NCBI GenBank assembly: GCA_964016885.1
Contig: OZ024741.1
Location: forward strand, 59,272,001 to 59,336,000
Direction: 5' to 3'
Origin: Eledone cirrhosa
Taxonomy: Eukaryota
Length of the DNA: 64,000 nucleotides
This document shows positions 1 to 13,292 of this stretch, piece after piece. The notes beneath the pieces were generated by a model. It saw only the letters and a list, made by a program, of their open reading frames with translations, was not told where the DNA came from and searched no databases. Made by a program: the position numbers and the translations under genes. Numbering within the stretch: position 1 is the first letter of the stretch; the number at the start of each line of letters is the position of its first letter.

Positions 1-1257
1 TGTGATCCCACTACATCTTTTATGCACCCATACTTTGCATTTGGGACATAAAATGGAGTTTCTACCTACGCCTTTCCTACACACTGAGCATGGCCATTTC
101 CCGGAAGGGACCGCCGCCTTATTTTCTTTCCTACAAACTAGAACTTTAGTCTTAGCCAGGTTAATTTTAAGGCCTTTTGATTCTAGGCCGTGCTTCCATG
201 TTTGGAATTTCTTCTCTAGCTCGGCCATTGATTCAGCTATGAGTGTCAGGTCGTCTGCGTATAGGGGTTCCCATGGGCAGCCGGTCTTGAACTCCTCTGT
301 TATAGCCTGAAGGGCAATAATAAATAGTAGGGGGCTGAGAACAGAGCCCTGATGGACGCCAACTTTTACGCTAAACTCTTCACTATATTCGTTGTTAATT
401 CTAACCTTGCTGACTTTCTTTATACATGGCTTGTATAGCTCTCACAAGCCATTCGTTGACACCTAGTTTTCTAAGGGCCCACCAGATAATGGAACGGGGG
501 ACTCTGTCGAAGGCTTTCTCCAAGTCGACAAAAGCTAAGTAGAGGGGTTTACCTTTAGCTAGGTACTTCTCCTGTAGTTGACGTACAATGAAAAGAGAGT
601 CTGTGGTACTTTTGCCTGACACAAACCCGAACTGCATTTCATCTAGGTCAATTCTCTCTCTGATTAGTTGCGCTATTACTTTTTCCGTGACCTTCATGAC
701 CTGGTCGATTAGTTTAATGCCTCTATAGTTACTCCTATCTAGGGCATCTCCTTTACCCTTATAACAGTTAACGATGATGCTGCTATGCCAGTCCTTCGGA
801 ACAACCCCATTCTGTACGACTTGGTTAAGTATCCGGGTGACCAAGGTGTGTCCCACCGAGCCAGATGCCTTCAGCATCTCAGCAACTATTTCCGAAGGCC
901 CAGCCGCCTTACCCGTCTTCATATCCTTGATTGCCTTACTTATTATACTACCCTCGACTAACACTGCTGGTCCCTCTATTGGGTCGATGTGGGGGAGACT
1001 GTCTTTCTCCCATTTATTCTCCTCATTTAGTAGCCTTTCATAGTGGCACTTCCAAGCTACCTTCTTATCAGCGTCGGTGATGGCAAGTACGCCGTCATCA
1101 TTAAGTACACACTTCTCCCCGACAATATCACGGTTTTCCTTGACACATTGCCTAGCAATCCTGAACACCTCACGTTTTTGGTCCTCGCGTTGTAGAACAT
1201 GCTTGAACTTTCCTTCCTCTGCTTCCCTTCTTGCGAAGTACACCTGTCTCCTAGCCT
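1..1257 (-). mobile_element. RTE-clade LINE fragment (reverse transcriptase region)
   Basis: ORF 401-1243 has KGKGDALDRSNYRGIKL, QFGF and FVDLEKAFDRVPR. After a frameshift near 400 the frame continues through QGSVLSP and YADD motifs. Same family as 17753-20209. Confidence 0.92.
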
Positions 1258-1519
1258 CATATATATATATATATATATAATATATTTAGAAACACACAGA
1301 TACATGCGGACACACACATATATACATGAATGCATCCGCACCCAACTGTGAGTTAAGGGTGCCAACTTCACCGATGTTGCTCAATGAATGACTGCGACAG
1401 ACCAATTCAGTTTGAACTAGACTGAACCAGTATCAGAGTTAAAAATACATTATGAAGAGAGAAGAAACATTTAGATATAATTAGTAATAAAATGTATCAT
1501 ACCTAAACTGTTCCTAAAT

Positions 1520-1607
1520 TCCTCGACTACGTAGTTTCGTGGCATAAACAAAAACAATATATCAAAGATATAGAGTCCTTGCGAGGTCTGCCGACTTATC
1601 AAGAGGA
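1520..1607 (-). ncRNA. Type I hammerhead ribozyme, U3-A8 core variant (copy 1)
   Basis: Minus strand reads TCCTC-TTGATAA-GTCGGCA...TGCCAC-GAA-ACTACGTAGT-C^GAGGA, with palindromic stem III and a GUC cleavage triplet. Confidence 0.8.
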
Positions 1608-2110
1608 TACCTCATTTTACTAGTCTCAAGAACGCGTCTACACGACGTGAGAAAGAATCCCAAAAGGCGGAGGGGGAGATAGTCACGCGATATAACGGTC
1701 GAGAAACAGAGCTAAGCCTCTTATAACCACGAAGAAAATACCACGGAGGCGGAGGGGGTATTCATATCGAGGCCGCAGAAGAGGTAGTGAAGAAGGCGAG
1801 AAGTATGAGTAATGGAAGCTTTCCAGTTGTCCCCACACTTCAAAGATTGCTCGACCAGAGGGAGTTATTAATATATTTAGAAACACACAGATACATGCGG
1901 ACACACACATATATACATGAATGCATCCGCGCCCAACTGTGAGTTAAGGGTGCCAACTTCACCGATGTTGCTCAATGAATGACTGGGACAGACCAATTCA
2001 GTTTGAACTAGACTGAACCAGTATCAGAGTTAAAAATACATTATGAAGAGAGAAGAAACATTTAGATATAATTAGTAATAAAATGTATCATACCTAAACT
2101 GTTCCTAAAT

Positions 2111-2198
2111 TCCTCGACTACGTAGTTTCGTGGCATAAACAAAAACAATATATCAAAGATATAGAGTCCTTGCGAGGTCTGCCGACTTATCAAGAGGA
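2111..2198 (-). ncRNA. Type I hammerhead ribozyme (copy 2 of 591-bp array)
   Basis: Same motif at +591. Confidence 0.8.
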
Positions 2199-2701
2199 TA
2201 CCTCATTTTACTAGTCTCAAGAACGCGTCTACACGACGTGAGAAAGAATCCCAAAAGGCGGAGGGGGAGATAGTCACGCGATATAACGGTCGAGAAACAG
2301 AGCTAAGCCTCTTATAACCACGAAGAAAATACCACGGAGGCGGAGGGGGTATTCATATCGAGGCCGCAGAAGAGGTAGTGAAGAAGGCGAGAAGTATGAG
2401 TAATGGAAGCTTTCCAGTTGTCCCCACACTTCAAAGATTGCTCGACCAGAGGGAGTTATTAATATATTTAGAAACACACAGATACATGCGGACACACACA
2501 TATATACATGAATGCATCCGCACCCAACTGTGAGTTAAGGGTGCCAACTTCACCGATGTTGCTCAATGAATGACTGGGACAGACCAATTCAGTTTGAACT
2601 AGACTGAACCAGTATCAGAGTTAAAAATACATTATGAAGAGAGAAGAAACATTTAGATATAATTAGTAATAAAATGTATCATACCTAAACTGTTCCTAAA
2701 T

Positions 2702-2789
2702 TCCTCGACTACGTAGTTTCGTGGCATAAACAAAAACAATATATCAAGGATATAGAGTCCTTGCGAGGTCTGCCGACTTATCAAGAGGA
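2702..2789 (-). ncRNA. Type I hammerhead ribozyme (copy 3 of 591-bp array)
   Basis: Same motif at +1182. Confidence 0.8.
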
Positions 2790-2898
2790 TACCTCATTTT
2801 ACTAGTCTCAAGAACGCGTCTACACGACGTGAGAAAGAATCCCAAAAGGCGGAGGGGGAGATAGTCACGCGATATAACGGTCGAGAAACAGAGCTAAG

Positions 2899-2956
<58 letters not shown>

Positions 2957-3006
2957 GGTTGTCTTCAACACACACACATAATATAAATAATATATGTATG
3001 TGTATG

Positions 3007-3160
3007 TGGCAAATTGGCAAAATCATTATGTTAGAACATCAGACAGAATGTTTTGTGGCTTTAATTCTGGTTTTCTGCACTCAGAGTTCAAATCCCATGG
3101 TGGTCAACTTTGCCTTTCGTCCTTTCAAGGTCGATAAACAAAGTACCAGTGGAATAGTGG
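3007..3160 (+). mobile_element. Degenerate tRNA-derived SINE
   Basis: B-box GAGTTCAAATCC plus CTTTGCCTTTC..GGTCGATAAA..AAGTACCAG core shared with 9964-10145 and 62077-62255. Confidence 0.7.
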
Positions 3161-3416
3161 GATATATTATTTCTCTCTCTCCCTCTCTCTCTCCCTCCCT
3201 CTCTCTCCCTCCCTCTCTCTCCCTCCCTCTCTCTCCCTCCCTCTCTCTCTCTCTTCCTCTTACTCTCTCTCCCACTTCCTCACTCTCTCTCTCTCAATTC
3301 CTCATACTCTCTCTTACTTCCTCACTCTCTCTCCCAGTTCCTCCCACTTCCTCCTCCCTCTCTCACTTCTCTCAGATTGTTCTGAATTACATTGTTGTAA
3401 ATATAGAATGTTTAGT

Positions 3417-3575
3417 TGGAGGCAAGGTTGTGTGGTTAAGGAGTTCACTTCACAACCATGTAGTTTTAATTTCAGTCTCACTGTCCAGCAACATGGGCTT
3501 GAGTCTTCTACTATATCCTTTGGTTGAACAATGCCTTATAAGAAGAATTTAGGAGACAGAAACTGCAGAAGCCCT
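3417..3575 (+). mobile_element. Degenerate SINE (second family)
   Basis: TGTGTGGTTAAG A-box-like head and ...AATGCCTT...AGAAACTG.AGAAGCC tail. Similar copies near 9683-9835, 10575-10712(-), 58178-58327(-) and 61900-62055. Confidence 0.6.
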
Positions 3576-3706
3576 TCATATATTTATGTGTGTGTGTGTG
3601 TTCAACAAAAGAGAGATTGATAAAATAAGTACCAGAATTGAAAAAATAACTACTAGGGTTGATATGCTTGCTTCAATCTCTCTACATGGTGGGCCATATA
3701 TATATA

Positions 3707-4277
3707 CTAGCAAAAGAACCTGTCGTTGCCAGGCACACCTTAATTAAATAAAGTAAATAACCAAATTAAAGTAGAAGAAAAGCTGTAAGTATTCAATGTT
3801 ATACAATATTAATCAATATTATACAATAAACTTTCACCACTGTCAATAAAGACCCCCTCACTCTTCAACATGGCCATCTTTAAATTTCCCCAGAACTCTG
3901 CTATTTTAGGGGAGAGCAAGATTTAAACTATTTGTTGACCTGAGCCTGGAGCTAAATAACCTATGTATCAAATTTGAACAAAATCGGGTGGAAACTCTGG
4001 AAATGTATTGACATTTTCGTTTTTATATATCTACTAGACCACCTGTGGCCTGTAGGGTCACGCTCACTTCAATATATTTTTTTAAATCATGTTCACTTAA
4101 AAATAATTTTTAAATAATTAAAATATACACAGACATGTATATAATGTAAAATGAAACGGGAAGGCCCATATATATACATGTGTGTATGTATATATATAAA
4201 TATGTGTGTGTGTATACAAATTTATATATATATGTTATGTATATGTGTGCGTCTGTGATCTATATACACTGGCCATA

Positions 4278-4361
<84 letters not shown>

Positions 4362-4372
4362 ACAACACCACC

Positions 4373-4418
<46 letters not shown>

Positions 4419-4711
4419 CTCCTTCTCTGTCTCTTCTCCCTCTCTCTGTCTCTATTTCAATCTACTCTACACAACCACTATCTCTTTCTCTCTATCTTTT
4501 TCTCTCTCTCTTTGTTTATGAAGGTACCTGGAAAACCCCATATCTCGGGAACCCATGATCCGATTTACGCGCAACTTGTTTTATTCCATTTGTATCCTCA
4601 TTTCAAGGTCAAATTCCTTTCAAAGTATTTTTCTATCATGCGCCCTTTTGGCTGTATTACATTACAGACAAGCAAGCAAACAAGCAACACAGAGTTTTAG
4701 TAGTATATAGA
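3707..4711 (-). mobile_element. Probable pair of non-autonomous Helitron-like elements (3707-4030, 4034-4711)
   Basis: A-CTAG ends with adjacent short hairpins at 3707 and 4034. Minus-strand A|TCTATATACT start at 4711. Confidence 0.45.
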
Positions 4712-4729
4712 TATATATATATTATATTT

Positions 4730-5315
4730 ACAGGAGCAGTAAGCAGCAAAAGTGCACAAGAAACTAGCCCCTTTAAATATTCAAAGGGCTACATAAAATT
4801 AGTTGACAGCTTCTGTTACCTGGGTAACCAAATTATCAATGGAGGTGGGTGTTCTGAAAATACAGTAGCCAGTGAGAGAATGGGATAGAAAAAGTTCAGG
4901 GAGCTACTACCTCTGTTATCTACAAAAGGTTTTTCCCTCAAAATAAAAAGCAGATTGTATGACGCTTGTGTATGAACAGCAATGATGCAAGGAAGTGAGA
5001 CCTGGGCACTGTAAGCAGAGGACCTAAAAAGATTGAAAATAAATGAAACTTGTATTCTCCAATGGATGTGTAACAGTAGTGTGCATGAAGAGTGAACTGT
5101 CAATGATCTGAGAGAGAAACTAGACATAAGAGGAGTTAGATGCAGTGTATAGGAGAGGAGATTGTGATGGTATGGACATGTGATATGTATGGAGGATTAC
5201 AGATGTATAAAAAAGTGCAGAGGGCTCAAAGTTGAGAGAAACTATGGTAGAGAAAGACTAAGAAAAGCTTGGGATAAAGTGATAAAATGATGATGATGAT
5301 GATGATGATGATGAT
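4730..5315 (+). mobile_element. Decayed RTE LINE 3' fragment with (GAT)n tail
   Basis: Homologous to 17800-18300 (GWKKFREL, GSETWAL, WYGHV with stops). (GAT)n at 5288-5315. Confidence 0.8.
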
Positions 5316-5364
5316 ATTATGTATATAATATATTGTATATGTTGTATATATTATATGTATTATA

Positions 5365-5940
5365 TATGCCAGACCTCCTCATAATGGATTCATCCAGCCT
5401 CCAAAGTACGATTCCATTGTGAGTAGAGACCTGATATGCGCAAGGTACAGTGTGGACCCACTATGAGGAAGCATGGCATGGTCAACTGGCCAGACCTCCC
5501 TCATAATGGAACCACCCAGATCCCAAATACAGTAACAGTCCCAATGTGTGCAAGGTACAGCGTCGCCATCTGCCCAGACTGGGCTCATAACAGGACTACC
5601 CAGTAACACAGCTTCACTATGAGTAAGGCATGGTGTGGCCAACTGGCCTGGCCTTACCTCCCTCACAGTGGGACCACCAGGCTCCTAAGCTATGGTTCCA
5701 ATGTGAGCAGGGTACAGCACGACCAACTGGCCAGACCCTTCTAATAACGATGCCATCCAGTTCCACACTGTAAGCGTTGTTGGTGTTAGGAAGGGCATCC
5801 AACATTAAAATCCCAGCCAAATTACAGTTCTGTCTGAGCAAGGTACAGCACGGCCAACTGGCTATACGTGCCTCATGACATGGGTGACTCGTCTAACCCA
5901 TGCAAGCATGGAAAAATAGACATTAATTGATGATGATGAT
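5365..5940 (+). mobile_element. RTE-type 3' UTR with degenerate internal repeats and (GAT)n tail
   Basis: Repeated GGCCAGACCTCC..CATAATGG..GCAAGGTACAG units. TGGTGTTAGGAAGGGCATCCA..AACCCATGC.AGCATGGAA..GACATTAA(TGA)n also occurs at 26920-27078. Confidence 0.6.
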
Positions 5941-6699
5941 ACATACATATATATATATATATACGTACATACACTATTGAGCTTGCATGTGTATGTGTTG
6001 AATTGTTTAATGGAATAGGTGTTAGAAGAAAGGAATACAATGGAGATCTTCAGAGATTCTTTGGCTGAGGCTTATTCTCGAAGAGACAAGCACCATAAAA
6101 CAGCAGTAAGAATACAAATTTACCTCCTCCTCTAAACCTTCTTGTCCCTATTAGAAGAAGTCAGATGTCTAATGTTTTTTATTGAACTCACAATAAAAGA
6201 GATCCTAGAATGGTTACGAATGAGAATGTTGTCTCGTTTAGAAATAGGTGTTGTCAAATCAATAGAAATCATTTGATTAACTTCCACATGTGAAATTAAC
6301 TTGATTGTTTCTTGTGAGAATGGAAAAATGTTTGCTTCTGAACAATAAACATCGACAAAGATGAAATAACGGGGCCCTTACGCATATATAATCTTGTGAG
6401 GATGTAAAAACGTTTGCTTCTGAATAATAAATACCGAGAATTAGGGAAAGACGCCATCCCCCCCTTTCCCTCTGTGAATATATATATATATATATATCAG
6501 GACATGAAAGTTTTAGTCTGCGTGATGATGGGCAGATCTGGAGGTTTGTTAAGGCTGGTGAAACGTGGAAGAGAGATACCAGCTGGTCTGAGTGTGCTCT
6601 ACCCACAATAACTGGCAATGAAAAAACTGCAACAACTCTGGGAAACTAAACCAGAAATACCTGCCACCCTCTACACACCATCATAAACTGCAAGCAGGG

Positions 6700-8735
6700 T
6701 ACAAATTGTTGTCCTTAAATGCTCGCAGTTTATGCAACAAGATACATCTGTTTGACTCCTACGTCAGAAGCATCGACCCTGAGTTCATCACAGTCACGGA
6801 AACATGGGCACATTCCTTACTCTGTGATGGGGTTTTCAGCATTACTGGGTAAAACCTTTTCCGCAAGGAACGCATTAATCGCCGTGGTGGTGGTGGTGGT
6901 GTGATGGTCTACGTTCGTTCAAACTTTTTGGTAATTCCTTGCGTTGATTTGAACGAATCACAAGAAGTTTTTTTTGTGATATACGTATGACCATGTCAAC
7001 ACTTCTGCTTGGTGTTGTTTATCGCCCCCCAAACTACTATCAGGACACACAGCTTTGCGATATCCTTCAATCATCCTGAGATCGATTGGGAAACTTTTCG
7101 TTGGCCACAAGGTGCAAACGATTTCCTTGAACTAGTGCTGGACTCAAACTGGTCACAAGTGGTTACCTCTCCAACAAGAGGTGACAACACTTTGGACCTG
7201 ATCTTCACCACTACTCCTGAAGTGGTTATCAGTTGTATTACTGAGGAACCTCTAGGCGACTCTGATCATGCTATGATCATTGCCAATCTGGCTCTTGCAG
7301 GCAGCAATAAAAACCAGAGCCATCTCCAATCTGCTTGCTTTGATTGGAAGAAAGCAGATTGGAACTTGTACTGCACTGAGCTACAGCGCCCAAACTGGCA
7401 TGAGATGTATAACTCTGGAGATGTGAACACTATACTCCAGAGCATCCTGGACTCAATATGGATAGCGTATGCAGCATCGGTGCCACGTAAGCAGAAAAAA
7501 ACCCACCCCAAAAGTGCAATTTGGGAAACTTCAGCGGTCCGACTTGCCAGGAAAGAACGTCGGAACGCTGAACGGGAATATAAACTGCATAAATCAGATG
7601 CCAACAGAAAAAAGCGGAATAAATCTTCTAACCATCTCAAGCAAGCGACAAAGAAGGCAGTGCTTGAATTTGAACAGTGCATAGCAACCAATCCTGACAG
7701 TAAGGTGTTCTGGAAATATGTTCATTCAAAGCAGAGACCTCACTCTCCAGTTGGTCCTCTTCGCAATCCCCACACAAGCCAGATCACTGACGATCCCAAA
7801 GAATGCGCAGAACTCATTGCTGAGTGCTATGCAAGTATTTTTACTGTTGAAAACCAGAATGTACCATCTCCACCATCTCTAACATCAAATTCCATAACAA
7901 CTATGGAATTTACACCTGCAATGTTGCGACGTCACCTTAAGAATAAGCGCAACTATGCCTCCCCTGGTCTTGATGGTGTTACATACCTGCTTCTGAAACG
8001 TGGCGGGTATTTCCTTTTGCGCCAGCTTTCTTTCTTCTTTCAATACTGATTCAACAATGGTGCTACTCCGGAGCAGTGGAAAACTGCCAGTGTCATTCCC
8101 CTGTTCAAAAAGGGCAACCGCATGTCACCTGTCAACTATCGTCCAGTCAGTCTTACTAGCTGTATAGCCAAACTGATGGAATCCTGTGTCAGAGAAACAC
8201 TTTGGAACTTCTGGAGCTCTCACAGCCTCATGCGGCCCTCACAGTTTGGATTTATCCCTAACTCCAGCTGCTGTGATCAGCTTATCGAGTTCCTTGAAGA
8301 AATCACCCGGATCACTGACAGCGGCTCATGGGTGGATGTTGTTTACCTTAACTTTGCTAAGGCTTTTAATTCTGTGCCACACAAAAGTCTTATGGCAAAG
8401 CTCTCTGCAATGGGTGTGAGGGATGATCTTTTCGACTGGTTGAAATCCTTCATTCTCAGCCGAAAAGAGGTAGTCACGGTTCTAGGACAGCATTCTTCAC
8501 CATATGAGATGTCATCTGGTGTACCACAGGGATCTGTTCTTGGTCCCCTTTTGTTTGTGGCATATATTAATGACATAGATGCCAACTTACAGAATGCCAC
8601 GGTACTGAAATATGCAGATGACATCAAGCTGTACCTTGAAATCAAAAGGACTGATCCTGAAATCTACAACTCTTTCCTACAATCAGACCTGGACACAATG
8701 GAGCAATGGATCACAGACTGGCAACTGAAGCTACC
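6700..8735 (+). mobile_element. CR1-like LINE ORF2 (APE endonuclease + RT), disrupted, 3'-truncated
   Basis: PTRGDNTLDLIF and LGDSDH (APE). In-frame stop at 8047-8049 splits ORFs 7009-8049 and 8122-8772. NYRPVSLTS, SGVPQGSVLGPLLF and YADD (RT). Confidence 0.9.
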
Positions 8736-9963
8736 CCTTCTATACACATGCACACATGTGTATATATCATGACTCATGCACTGTTCATTTTCCTGACGTT
8801 TGTACATTACCCTATGTACTATGCATACACTTTTTGATGAGTTGTAGTGCACCTGAGCACTGTACACAATATTTCATTATTATTATTATTATTATTAAGA
8901 ACGTAGTTGAAATGTTTGCTTCTGAGAAATAAACACTGAGAAAGGTGGAAATACACCTCACCCCACCCCACCCCACCCCACCACCAGCACTGCATATATA
9001 AAACAAAGTGGAAGACAACAGTAGTAGTAAGTAGGGATCTGAGACAATTAGTGATGGAGAGGGATTGAGGGGGGGGGGGGGGGGGGGCAGTGTTAAAAAG
9101 TATCACTGCTGCTGCTGTCGAAGAGGTTGTTGAAAACAGCTTTCAATAAGTGACTAAAGACTACTAAAGACTTCCAGACAATAATAGATTAGAAACATGA
9201 TGGTGGTGTGTGTAGCTGTTGTTGTTGTGGCAATGGTGAGGATAGTGGTGGCAGTGGTGGTTGTTGCTGTTCTTGTGGCAGGGGGGATGATGGTGATTGT
9301 GATGGTGGTGGTGATCGTAATGATAGTGTTGACGGTGATATTGATGATGATGCTGATGAATAGGTGATGGCGTAGCTTTCAGTGAATGAGTAAAGAGTAC
9401 TAGAGACTTTTAGACATTGATAGGTAGGAAGAATTGTGGTGATGGTGGTGCTGATAATGCTGATGGTGGTGATGGTGATATGGGTGATAAATAGGTGATG
9501 GGGGAGAGAAAGACATGACGACTGGCAAGAGCATCGATAAAAGAATCTGTCGAAATGCTTAAAACACAAGATAATTTCTTTCTATGAGATCTATGATAAA
9601 AACAAATTAGTATTTGCTATGAAATATATTTAAAATAACAGTTTTATTTATGAGGCATTTCAATTAAATAATTAAATAAATAGGCATGTATGGTTAAAGA
9701 TTTCTCTTTGCATCCACGTGCATCTGGTTTTAGTCCCACTGTGTGTCAGCTTGGGCATGTGTCTTCTACTACAGCCTTTGTTTGAGCAATGCCTTGTCAC
9801 TGGAATTTGGTTGGCAGAAACTGCTGAAGCCTGTCATATATATGTGCGTGTATCCTATAACTTAGTAGTTCCACAAAAACATCAAGGTCAATGTGATTAA
9901 CTAAGTCGGTGCAGTGCCCCAGCATGACCACAACCTAATGATTCAAACTCATAAAGGAATAAT

Positions 9964-10145
9964 TGTTTCTACTTTAAGCACAAGGCCAGCAATTACCCAG
10001 TGCATTACTGGTACTTTATTTTATCGACCCCGTAAGGATGAAAGGCAAAGTCAAACTCGGCGGGATTTGAACTCAGATCGTAAAGGGACGTAACTATGCT
10101 GGAAAGTATGGCGTCCGACCCTCTACCGATACTGCTAATCCACCG
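9964..10145 (-). mobile_element. Full-length tRNA-derived SINE with 15-bp target-site duplication (TSD)
   Basis: TSD TCATAAAGGAATAAT at 9949-9963 and 10146-10160. A-box-like TAGCAGTATCGG and B-box GAGTTCAAATCC on the minus strand. Confidence 0.88.
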
Positions 10146-10283
10146 TCATAAAGGAATAATGGAATTTAATGGACCTCCATTGATTTTGACAATGAATGTA
10201 CCATTTATTCAATCAATGGAATAACCAGCTTGTAAAATTAACATGCAAGTGGCTGAGCATTCCACAAACATGTGTACCCTTAA

Positions 10284-10504
10284 CCCATTAGTATTTACAT
10301 TACTCTATATTTACTATTGTATTTTCACAGTAAAGGCTTTACCTTACATAATTAGCTCACATAATATCGAATCTATGAGATTTTAATATTATTTATTTTT
10401 AGAACAATACCTTAATGTCAGTATGAGTGGTCGATTATGGCCAGTTTGAACAGAAAGCGGTGAGAGAATTCTGGCCAGATACGGCCAGTTTAAATGCTAA
10501 AGTG
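10284..10504. mobile_element. TTAA-flanked piggyBac-like MITE
   Basis: TTAA|CCCATTAGTATTTA...TAAATGCTAAAGTG|TTAA imperfect TIRs. Homologous, inverted, to 60263-60472. Confidence 0.65.
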
Positions 10505-11033
10505 TTAATGTAGTTCTCAGTGAAATTCAACATTACACAGTGTGTGACAAAGCTGGCCTTGTAAATTACAAGAACAGTTTATCTGAAAGTCTTCCAAATA
10601 TTTTCCATCTACCCAATTTCACTCCCAAGACAAGGGCCAACCTGAGGCTATACAACAAATAACATTTAACCAAGATGCCATACAGTGGGATTGAACACAG
10701 AACATAATGATTTTGTCCATAAAATAATTATTATTTTTTATTTGCCATCAGGGCCAATGTCCATAAAATAATAATACAACACGTTTGAGACAGATCTCTA
10801 TTTAATCTGAGATGATTGGTTCTATAACTATTAGAATAGTAAATATGAGAGAAATAAAAATTAATATATGATGTTTTATTTCCAATGTGAATAGATACAT
10901 GATGGTATGATTAAGTATAAGAGTCTCTAAACTAAACAGTAATAACATAAAATATGTAGGTGTGGAGCCTGCGGTATCCATAACAGCATAACTATAACGT
11001 TATGAAAATTACTTTTTGGTATATATGTGTATG

Positions 11034-11139
<106 letters not shown>

Positions 11140-11229
11140 TGCGTGCGTGCGCGTGTGTGTGTGCGTGTGTGTGTTTGTGTGTGCATATATATATATATAT
11201 ATGAAAAGGAAGTAAAATTCTATACAAAA

Positions 11230-11960
11230 CAGAGGTTATAGAGAAAGGTGGAATTGGAAATAACACGGTTGAAGATGGATACATATGGTAAGGTATTGTT
11301 TGCGGTTTTGTGCTTTGGATTGGTGAGTTGATGAAAATTTACGTGTTTTGCTCTGTCTATTCCGTTATTAATTATGTCAAGTGGGAAGGCTCTTTTTTTG
11401 GCAATGGATGGCCATAGTATAAAGCAATCGTGTAGGTATATCTTCCAATTGTTTGGAGATGTGTAAGGAAAGAGTCTCCGAATAATAGAAAGGATTGGTT
11501 GTAAATGAACTAAGAAACACACTTATTTTAAGAGCCTTCCCACTTAATAATGGAGTAGACAGAGCAAAACATGTAAATTTTCATCAACTTAACAATCCAA
11601 AGCACAGGACCACAAACAATACCTTACCATATGTATCCTCATTCAACCCCAGAAACACCGAAATGTTCGACCACCTACACATAAACCTCCCCATTCTATT
11701 TAAAGATGACAAATGAAAAAAATCCTAGAAACACACAAGATCATTAAAAGTAAAAAGCAAGCCAAATCACTGAAACACATTCTCACTGAAACAAATATAC
11801 ACAAACCAATCTCCAACCCGACGGTAACAAAATGCGGAAGAACTGTGGCACATGCCTATACTTAATTGAAGGACAAAAAATTCCCATTTAAAGATGGCCA
11901 AACTTTTACAGTGAAAAACAACTTCACTTGCAATTCAGAGAACCTAATCCACATAATCAC

Positions 11961-11963
<3 letters not shown>
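11230..11963 (+). mobile_element. Penelope-like element fragment with 5' inversion
   Basis: Plus strand 11523-11963 encodes LPYVSSFNP, KCGRTCGTC and [14 protein letters not shown] (linker/GIY-YIG start). 11240-11390 is an inverted copy. The minus strand has an RT motif C remnant YLHDCFILWP. Confidence 0.7.
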
Positions 11964-12034
<71 letters not shown>

Positions 12035-12849
12035 GTGTGTATGCGTATGTATGTGTGTGTATATATATATATGTGTATGTATATATGTGTTGATATGTGT
12101 TTGTATGTAGTATATATGGACTGTAGATACATTTACATATAGGGAAGTGAATATGTGAGCCAGCATATCCCCCCACACTTCCTCTCCCAGACCAATATCA
12201 ACAACATATCTTTGACAAATATTCCCAAACTATCCTTCTTTTCTCTTTTTCCTGTCATCCCATTCTTATCAAAAGACATGTATCTTACACCTCATTAAAA
12301 CCCAGACAAGCACCTAAATTCATCTTTGATATAGAAATCTGTAGAAGATATTCTTTATGGATTTGGAAGAGTTGATTCAGCTATGCCATTATATACTTAT
12401 CAAAGGTCAGCTAATGAAATGAAACCAGCAGGAGAGTCGGTTTACGACTACCTTCTCAAACACCCTTATCTTACAACCTCACCATTTTCTGAGTGTATAT
12501 ATATGTATGTGTGTGTGTGTGTGTACGCGCGCGTGTGTGTATGTATGTATACTTTAATTCCCCCGGACCTTCATCATCATCAACACTCATTAACACCACA
12601 TGCCACACCCCTCACACATCCAAATCTCTCTTATATATAGTCAAACATTTCAACACAACCTGATCTCAGTTTGACAATCGCCACCGACGAATGCGAGAAA
12701 GTTCTCCAGCCAGAGTTAACCAGGAATCTTTAAAATTCTTCCCACCGAAGTTGACAAAGAACTTACTGGATCTACCAACTCATAATATTATAACATTAAA
12801 TCATAAACATTTTTAACACTACAAGTGAAGTCATTCTTTTCCTGTTTTT

Positions 12850-12894
<45 letters not shown>

Positions 12895-13292
12895 TAAGGG
12901 GGGCTTGCCTCATGAAAAACATCGTATATGCATGTGACGTAACCACACACAACTCTACCAAAACATATATAGGATCAACGTCCAATACATTTAAAACTAG
13001 ATATAACGCGCATATGTGCACATTTAGACACGATAGACATAAGAATGCCACCTCACTGGCGGGATACATCTCCTTTTTAAAAAATAATAATACTCCATAC
13101 AAACTTTTTTGGAGGAACCTTACTAGATCCACGCCATACCGACCGCAGAGCGGGAGTTGTGACCTGTGTTTACTAGAATGCCATGCCATAATACACTCTA
13201 AACTGAACCTGCTTAACAGGAAATCGGAAATGTTCTCCTCTTGCCAACACAAAATCCTGAGTTCCTTCTTCTATTTTAAACCTAGCACATAG
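12895..13292 (+). mobile_element. Penelope-like GIY-YIG endonuclease C-terminus (5'-truncated at (TA)n)
   Basis: CLMKNIVYAC..TYIGSTSNTFKTRYNAH..CDLCLLE..LLNRKSEMFSSCQH. Probable 3' UTR follows to about 14.7 kb. Confidence 0.85.

Larger units (their letters stand above)
1278..2901 (-). repeat. Tandem array of 591-bp non-coding units (about 2.75 copies), one hammerhead per unit; retrozyme-like
   Basis: Units start at 1278, 1869 and 2460 and are nearly identical. Both ends abut (TA)n. Confidence 0.93.

Noticed and set aside
1683-2501. Repeated 75-aa ORF in the 591-bp units, and 93/112-aa ORFs in the 466-bp units
   Set aside because: Alternative starts or microsatellite-derived residues, no recognisable domain. 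Repetition only reflects the array.
9964-10145. tRNA gene
   Set aside because: A/B boxes are present, but there is no cloverleaf, and the TSD and multiple copies indicate a SINE.
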